A DNA stretch of 64,000 bases from contig CAXEIY010000221.1 in NCBI GenBank assembly GCA_963996245.1, forward strand, positions 5,360 through 69,359, read 5' to 3'. The notes beneath the pieces were generated by a model that had not been told where the DNA came from, did no database searches, and was given only the letters and a program-made list of their open reading frames with translations. The DNA is from an uncultured Planctomycetia bacterium. Lineage in GTDB: Bacteria; Planctomycetota; Planctomycetia; CAXEIY01. Positions 58,613 through 64,000 of this stretch are shown one piece after another. The position numbers were made by a program, and so were the translations under genes. Every line of letters starts with the position of its first letter. Within the stretch, counting starts at the first letter, position 1.

Positions 58613-59767
58613 ATGAATCCTTTCATTGCAAGTACAAATGCCTTTTTGAATTCGCCCGTTTTATGGAAACAATGTTCTCGTTTTCCTCTGATACTATGCA
58701 CACTGGTAGTCGGGTTGTCATCATGTGCTCAACAATCAACCCTGTTAACCCACCCTGGTCACACGCGTGACATGCCGGCGCACGCAGTCGTCACTCAAAC
58801 CGGAATTTCAACCGCCTCAACTCATGCTTCCCAGTCAGAAACAATACCATACTGGATAACCGACGAATTTATTAGTCAGGGAGGTGATCGTAATCGCCGT
58901 GTTGTTACCGATGATCAAGGAATGACATTCGGATTAGATACACAAGACACGGTGATTCAGTTTCACGACAGCGAAGGAAAACAGCACTCGGTCGGAACTA
59001 ACGCTGTAAACATCTATGCACCCCGTTTTGGCGCATCGCTGGATATTTCACAGCCACACCAATTCCAGACCTCAAACGCAGGATCTGCTGTACATACCGC
59101 CAATCAGCTCCATCAAGCAGACCAGTTCAACAGACTCCATGTACAGCAACATTTGTCCGCACCCGAGCTGGCTCTATCCGATCTAAGAGCACTCGGAATC
59201 ACCGGAGACCAGGCAACCGGGAATCTCGCGATCGCGGACCGACTGGAAACATCCACAGGAATGATGCAACCGGGAATAACCTCTGGGAATCAAAACGGTT
59301 TTCTGATTGAACATTCGACAAACTCGCGCGAAGACCTGGTTTTGTCAGGGCCTCAAAGCTGGACATCTGATCAATCGGCTCAGGCAATCCTGACTCCCTC
59401 ATCTGGCAATGAAGTCATCGGACAACGCGGTGCACAATCCATCGAACGTGTTCAGTATCCTACACCCTCAGCTGGTGCCATCCAGGCACATAAAACGGCC
59501 TCTTCACAGGAAGCCCGATCAGGTGAAGTGATCGAATTTGTAATTCACTACAAAAATGTTGGCGGTCGCGCACTGAATCAAGTGGTCATCACAGACAATT
59601 TAACAACACGGCTTGAATATTTCCCCAAAAGCCAGCGTAATTCACTGGATTCAAACTTTTCCCGTATAGAAAACTCCGAAGGCAGCAGCATTCTTAGATG
59701 GACTCTCAGATCCGCTCTCAAACCGAATGCAGACGGCACCATAACGTTCCGGGCAACGGTACGTTAA
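58613..59767 (+). CDS. Hypothetical lipoprotein with a C-terminal DUF11 ('conserved repeat') domain
   Basis: I prefer the internal start MNPFIAS (lipobox LSSCAQ) over the ATG at 58451, which overlaps the upstream gene. The C-terminal GEVIEFVIHYKNVGGRALNQVVITDNLTTRLEYF...GTITFRATV is a DUF11 pattern. Confidence 0.55.
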   Translation: MNPFIASTNAFLNSPVLWKQCSRFPLILCTLVVGLSSCAQQSTLLTHPGHTRDMPAHAVVTQTGISTASTHASQSETIPYWITDEFISQGGDRNRRVVTDDQGMTFGLDTQDTVIQFHDSEGKQHSVGTNAVNIYAPRFGASLDISQPHQFQTSNAGSAVHTANQLHQADQFNRLHVQQHLSAPELALSDLRALGITGDQATGNLAIADRLETSTGMMQPGITSGNQNGFLIEHSTNSREDLVLSGPQSWTSDQSAQAILTPSSGNEVIGQRGAQSIERVQYPTPSAGAIQAHKTASSQEARSGEVIEFVIHYKNVGGRALNQVVITDNLTTRLEYFPKSQRNSLDSNFSRIENSEGSSILRWTLRSALKPNADGTITFRATVR

Positions 59768-60039
59768 AATATAGGACCTAACGGGTGTCGTCCTTCCCTG
59801 ACTGCCGCTGATTATGACCGACCGTCGCATGGGTTAATCTGCGTGGACGAGTATTATCCAAATAAGGCTCTGTTTCTTCATTCCTTATTAGTGCAAATCC
59901 CTGGAACCTTGTTAGGCTGAGCGGCTGCCATTATAATGTTGCTGCGAGTCTTATAGGACCATGAAGCCTACCTGGTCTAACGCGTGCAACACACGATAAA
60001 TATCTATTCTGAAAATCATTAAGGGCAGGGAGAATGTGA

Positions 60040-61374
60040 ATGCCACGGCGCAATTTGCAAAATGCAGCAGGGATCATTGCTATTTCATTGCTATGTTGGC
60101 ATGTGGTTTCCAGCGCAACAACCCATCAGGGTTACGACATTTTTCGCATTTTCGTTGCCACGATTGGTCAGGTCGAAAGAGAATACGTACAACCGATAGA
60201 GAGCAATGAAATTTTTCAGGGTGGCATCGCTGGACTGATTGCAAGCCTCGATTCAGAATCCAGTTACTTAACTCCCTCAACCTATCAGCAATTGCAACAG
60301 GAAGCGGAAAAGGGTGAAATTGGCATTCACGTAGAGTCCATTGGACAGCAACGCGGTATTCGAGTCCTGGGAGTGCTTCCTGGATCATCTGCAGAACAGG
60401 CCGGTGTTCTGCCCGGTGATGTTATCGCAGAAATTAATGACCAAAATAGTACCCGACTTTCGCTGGAAGAATCTCTCCTGCTTATCCGTGGGAAACCCGA
60501 TTCGGATCTCAGTCTTAAGATATATCGACCTTCCGGTTTCTTAGAGTTTCCTTTACGCCCTTCCGCCATAAGCGACCCCGAAAACGGGGCACCCACCGTT
60601 GCAAACGATGGCAGCATTACCATCAGTATCCAGCGAAGTACTTTAGTGCCACCCGATATAACAGGATTGGATAAACAGGAAAACGGAACCTGGAACCACT
60701 GGATCACCGAACAACACAACATCGCCTATGTTCGCCTGGTGTCGCTTAATTCCGGAACCAGCCAATCGCTATCACAATTGATGACAAAATTTTCACAGGA
60801 TTCCTGCCGAGGGGTCATCCTTGACTTGCGTTTCAATGTTTCGGGGTCTCGTGCCGAAGCCATCAAGGTCGCTGACCTTTTTATATCAGAAGGGGAACTG
60901 GCCCGGGTGCGCGGTCCCAACCTTCAGGAAGAGCATTGGACAGCCCTCTCTGAAGATACCTTTGAACAGGTCCCCCTGGCTGTGTTAACAAATCAGTTTA
61001 CAGCCGGTCCCTCGGAAATGCTCGCCGCCTCATTAAAGGATAACGATCGAGCACCAATTATTGGGGAACGTACCCGAGGTAAAACGTCTGTTACCCGTAT
61101 CATCCCCTTGAAAGACGGTAATAGCGCACTCAAACTAACGGTTGGATCGTGTATCCGTCCGAACGGCAAAGACCTCCTTCGTTATCCCGGTGACCGGGCC
61201 TCCGATTCATGGGGTGTAAAACCTGATTTTGAAATCGGACAGATGGCAGAAGTAATCATGGAACATTTTCGTACACGCACGATTTCTGAACCACCAACCT
61301 TTCAAGACGAAGCCCTGAGCAAAGCGCTGGAACTTCTCACATCTGAAACAGAGCCTGAAAACACCGATTCTTGA
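60040..61374 (+). CDS. S41 C-terminal processing protease paralog with PDZ domain, with the catalytic Ser replaced by Gly (predicted inactive)
   Basis: PDZ (GIRVLGVLPGSSAEQAGVLPGDVI), and LDLRFNVSGS. At the active site it reads NQFTAGPSE where the adjacent paralog reads NRHSASASE. The Lys block RGKTSV is retained. Confidence 0.8.
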   Translation: MPRRNLQNAAGIIAISLLCWHVVSSATTHQGYDIFRIFVATIGQVEREYVQPIESNEIFQGGIAGLIASLDSESSYLTPSTYQQLQQEAEKGEIGIHVESIGQQRGIRVLGVLPGSSAEQAGVLPGDVIAEINDQNSTRLSLEESLLLIRGKPDSDLSLKIYRPSGFLEFPLRPSAISDPENGAPTVANDGSITISIQRSTLVPPDITGLDKQENGTWNHWITEQHNIAYVRLVSLNSGTSQSLSQLMTKFSQDSCRGVILDLRFNVSGSRAEAIKVADLFISEGELARVRGPNLQEEHWTALSEDTFEQVPLAVLTNQFTAGPSEMLAASLKDNDRAPIIGERTRGKTSVTRIIPLKDGNSALKLTVGSCIRPNGKDLLRYPGDRASDSWGVKPDFEIGQMAEVIMEHFRTRTISEPPTFQDEALSKALELLTSETEPENTDS

Positions 61375-61423
61375 TTACCCGTAATGTTGTACTGTACCCA
61401 TACAGCTATTCTTCACCCGAGGC

Positions 61424-62890
61424 TTGCACATGCCGCGACGCAATCTCAACTGGATGATCGTAATCGCTACGATTTCACTAATATGCTGGCGCAGTGTTCA
61501 AAGTGCCCCAGAAGAGCATTATAGGAACTTTTTCGAACTTTTCGCTGAAACCTTACAGCACATTGACAGCAGTCATATTCGTCCTCCTGAGCGCAAAGAA
61601 CTTCTGGAGGGCGCACTGCGAGGTATTACAAAAAGATTGGATCGGTTTTCAGACTACATACCCCCACGGGAGCTACAACGATTCCGCGAGCAAATGAGCC
61701 AGGAATTCGGCGGTATTGGTATTCAAATTGGAGTTATTGACAGCCAGCTTACCGTCACAACCCCTTTACCAGGCACCCCTGCATTCAGGGCCGGAGTCCA
61801 ATCGGGGGATCGTATTGTCGCCATCGAAGGAGAACCAACCAAAGATATTCTAGTGGGCAGCCCCCAAGAAATGATGCAGGAAGCGGTCCGACGACTCAAA
61901 GGGGCTCCCGGAACCACTGTGAACATTTCCGTACTCCACAAAGGTTCAGAAATGGCTGAAGAGGTTGATATCACGCGGGCCATTATTCAGGTAAGCAGTG
62001 TCAAGGGAGACCGTTACAACAAGGACAGCAGTTGGGATTTTTTGATCGAACAAGACCAGCAGATAGGCTACCTGAGGATAGAACAATTCAACGACAAAAC
62101 GGCAAATGAACTGGAAAATGCGATACAAACATTAAATAAACAGTCGATTAAAGGACTGATTCTCGATCTACGATTCAATCCAGGAGGATTGCTCAGTGCC
62201 GCGGTAAAAATATGCGATCTTTTTATTTCAGAAGGAAAGATTGTTAGTACACGATCCAGAAATGCAGAGGAAGTTGTGTACTCTGCCCATGGTCCCGGAA
62301 CCTTGAATAAAGAGATGCCCATTGTTGTGTTAATCAATCGTCACAGTGCCAGTGCAAGTGAGATTGTTGCTGCCTGTTTGCAGGATCACCAACGGGCGGT
62401 TCTGATCGGACAAAGGACTTGGGGAAAAGGAAGTGTCCAGAACATCATTGACCTGGGATCCGGACAAGGAGCGATTAAACTTACCACGGCAAGCTATCAC
62501 CGGCCTAGTGGTGAAAACATTCATCGCTTTGAGAATGCAACAGAAACGGACGTATGGGGGGTTCGACCCAACCAAGGATTCGAGATCAGCATGATTGAAA
62601 CCTCTGTCCGTGAAGGGAAATCAACAGCGGAAATACGTCAACTGGAAGCACAGGCCAGTTCCCAATACTTTCTTGACCGATCTAATCGCGACATTATCCC
62701 ACGACCCGGGGAACCATCCCCGGAACGTTCCTTCAAAGATCATCAGTTGGACCGTGCTGTTGAACATCTGAAAAGTAAAATTCATCCTGAAAAGGACGAT
62801 TCGTCAGCATTTATAATGCCCCTCAAAAACCAGATGTCCGAATTATTGTTTACCATGTCGGGCAACCCACGGACCGATATCAGATGGTGA
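61424..62890 (+). CDS. ctpA: Carboxyl-terminal processing protease (S41, Ctp/Prc family), canonical active site
   Basis: PDZ, LDLRFNPGG, NRHSASASEIVAACLQDHQRAVLIGQRTWGKGSVQ (Ser/Asp/Lys are all present). It shares the MPRRNL N-terminus with the upstream paralog. Confidence 0.85.
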   Translation: MHMPRRNLNWMIVIATISLICWRSVQSAPEEHYRNFFELFAETLQHIDSSHIRPPERKELLEGALRGITKRLDRFSDYIPPRELQRFREQMSQEFGGIGIQIGVIDSQLTVTTPLPGTPAFRAGVQSGDRIVAIEGEPTKDILVGSPQEMMQEAVRRLKGAPGTTVNISVLHKGSEMAEEVDITRAIIQVSSVKGDRYNKDSSWDFLIEQDQQIGYLRIEQFNDKTANELENAIQTLNKQSIKGLILDLRFNPGGLLSAAVKICDLFISEGKIVSTRSRNAEEVVYSAHGPGTLNKEMPIVVLINRHSASASEIVAACLQDHQRAVLIGQRTWGKGSVQNIIDLGSGQGAIKLTTASYHRPSGENIHRFENATETDVWGVRPNQGFEISMIETSVREGKSTAEIRQLEAQASSQYFLDRSNRDIIPRPGEPSPERSFKDHQLDRAVEHLKSKIHPEKDDSSAFIMPLKNQMSELLFTMSGNPRTDIRW

Positions 62891-63903
62891 CTTTGCTAGC
62901 CATCGAAAGTTCTTGTGATGAAACCGCCGCTTCCGTAATTAGAAACGGTGCTCCGTTAAGCAATATTGTCGCCTCTCAGACGGAACTACACCGGCAGTAT
63001 GGAGGAGTCGTTCCTGAAATCGCGTCACGATCTCATGTTTTACAAATCCTTCCAGTTATTGACGAGGCCTTGCGCCAGTCAAACACGGAACTGAAACAGA
63101 TTGATGCGATTGCGATCATGACGACACCCGGACTATCCGGTTCTCTGGCCATTGGCTTGACGGCAGGAAAAACACTTGCCATGACACTCGATTGTCCACT
63201 TATCTCCGTTCATCATCTTCACGCTCATATCTATGCCAATCAGCTGACCACACAAGAGAATATTTTCCCCTGTGTAGGAGCGGTTGTAAGCGGAGGGCAT
63301 ACGAGCCTATACAACTGCCTTTCTCCTCTCGATTTCCATTTGCTCGGATCGACCATTGACGACGCTGCAGGAGAGGCGTTCGACAAAGTTGCTCAGTTAC
63401 TTAACCTTGGTTTCCCGGGTGGTCCGGCAATTGATCAGGCTTCGCGCGCAGGTGATCCGAAAGCATATCGTTTCCCGAGAGCGCTCCTCCATAAGAAACA
63501 CTTAGACTTCAGCTTCAGCGGTCTAAAAACAGCTGTGCTCTACAGCCTTAAAGGACAGGAATCCTCACGGGACAGACCTTTCCTTCTAAATGATGAAACG
63601 GTGTCCAACATTGCAGCCAGTTTCCAGGAAGCCGTCGTGGATGTCATCGTTTCAAAATGCCAACAAGCCTTACAGCATACTCATCACCGTATTTTATGCA
63701 TTGGTGGAGGAGTAGCGGCAAATAGGCGTCTGCGCGAGCAGCTTACTGAAATGGCTGACCACTCAGGCATTCGGCTTTTTATACCTCCCATGTCACTCTG
63801 TACTGACAATGCGGCTATGGCGGCTATCGCAGAAGCGAGATTAGAAGCTGACCTGACAGAGGACCTTCATCTAGATATTGTTCCAGGATTAATACGCCCC
63901 TAA
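62884..63903 (+). CDS. tsaD: tRNA N6-adenosine threonylcarbamoyltransferase TsaD (Kae1/YgjD family)
   Basis: LAIESSCDETAASVI at the N-terminus and SGGVAAN, with HxxH metal-site context (SVHHLHAH). It overlaps ctp by ATGGTGA (7 bp). Confidence 0.9.
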   Translation: MVTLLAIESSCDETAASVIRNGAPLSNIVASQTELHRQYGGVVPEIASRSHVLQILPVIDEALRQSNTELKQIDAIAIMTTPGLSGSLAIGLTAGKTLAMTLDCPLISVHHLHAHIYANQLTTQENIFPCVGAVVSGGHTSLYNCLSPLDFHLLGSTIDDAAGEAFDKVAQLLNLGFPGGPAIDQASRAGDPKAYRFPRALLHKKHLDFSFSGLKTAVLYSLKGQESSRDRPFLLNDETVSNIAASFQEAVVDVIVSKCQQALQHTHHRILCIGGGVAANRRLREQLTEMADHSGIRLFIPPMSLCTDNAAMAAIAEARLEADLTEDLHLDIVPGLIRP

Positions 63904-64000
63904 TGAAACACCGAAGACCTCCTTGCAGTATGTCGGAGCAAGCCTGAAAAGCCACACTCATTTGCCCTGCAGACCAAGGCTGATACACACTTTCACCACG

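Noticed and set aside
1-64000. tRNA, rRNA, CRISPR and IS elements
   Set aside because: I scanned the longer spacers (2772-3137, 9048-9460, 22635-23194, 37554-37920, 47921-48438, 59767-60040) for T-loop GTTCRANYC boxes and cloverleaf potential, for repeat-spacer periodicity, and for transposase-like ORFs. I found none. The only repeats are the two coding microsatellites.

Overview
This is a 64 kb chromosomal window, most likely from a Planctomycetota-type genome. The signatures are DUF1501 and DUF1549/DUF1553 gene pairs, a 14-repeat WD40 protein, few strong Shine-Dalgarno sites and about 50% GC. I count about 41 protein-coding genes, tightly packed, and no rRNA, tRNA, CRISPR array, IS element or prophage. 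Housekeeping content includes the conserved rpsB-tsf-pyrH-frr operon on the minus strand, rsmA/ksgA, ribE, tsaD and a UvrC-like excinuclease. Transport content is an RND efflux pair (adaptor plus AcrB-like pump), an APC amino-acid permease, an SSS sodium:solute symporter, a DAACS (GltP-like) symporter and CstA. Metabolic and envelope genes include an acyl-CoA synthetase, an M19 dipeptidase, an SMP-30/gluconolactonase-like beta-propeller, GT4 and GT2 glycosyltransferases, a GT-C (ArnT/PMT-like) transferase with TPR repeats, an SDR epimerase and a GMC oxidoreductase. Features that stand out: (i) a PilT-like secretion ATPase with substitutions at the Walker A lysine, Asp-box and His-box positions, preceded by a translationally coupled mini-ORF; (ii) a tandem duplicated S41 C-terminal protease pair in which one copy has the catalytic Ser replaced by Gly; (iii) an orphan 1429-aa protein with N-terminal zinc ribbon, one TM helix, a roughly 1200-aa helical domain and a polybasic tail; (iv) a TMTC-like GT-C+TPR glycosyltransferase convergent with a GT2 polyprenyl-phosphate sugar transferase; (v) a UvrC homolog lacking the C-terminal HhH domain; (vi) tandem paralogous lipoproteins next to a DUF11 lipoprotein; (vii) (GGN)18 and 12-bp tandem repeats encoding poly-Gly and (AAEP)n tails. 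A large minus-strand gene (at least 924 aa) runs off the 5' edge of the window and is missing from the ORF track because it starts with GTG and its stop lies outside the window. All functional calls rest on motif recognition by eye; I ran no database searches.
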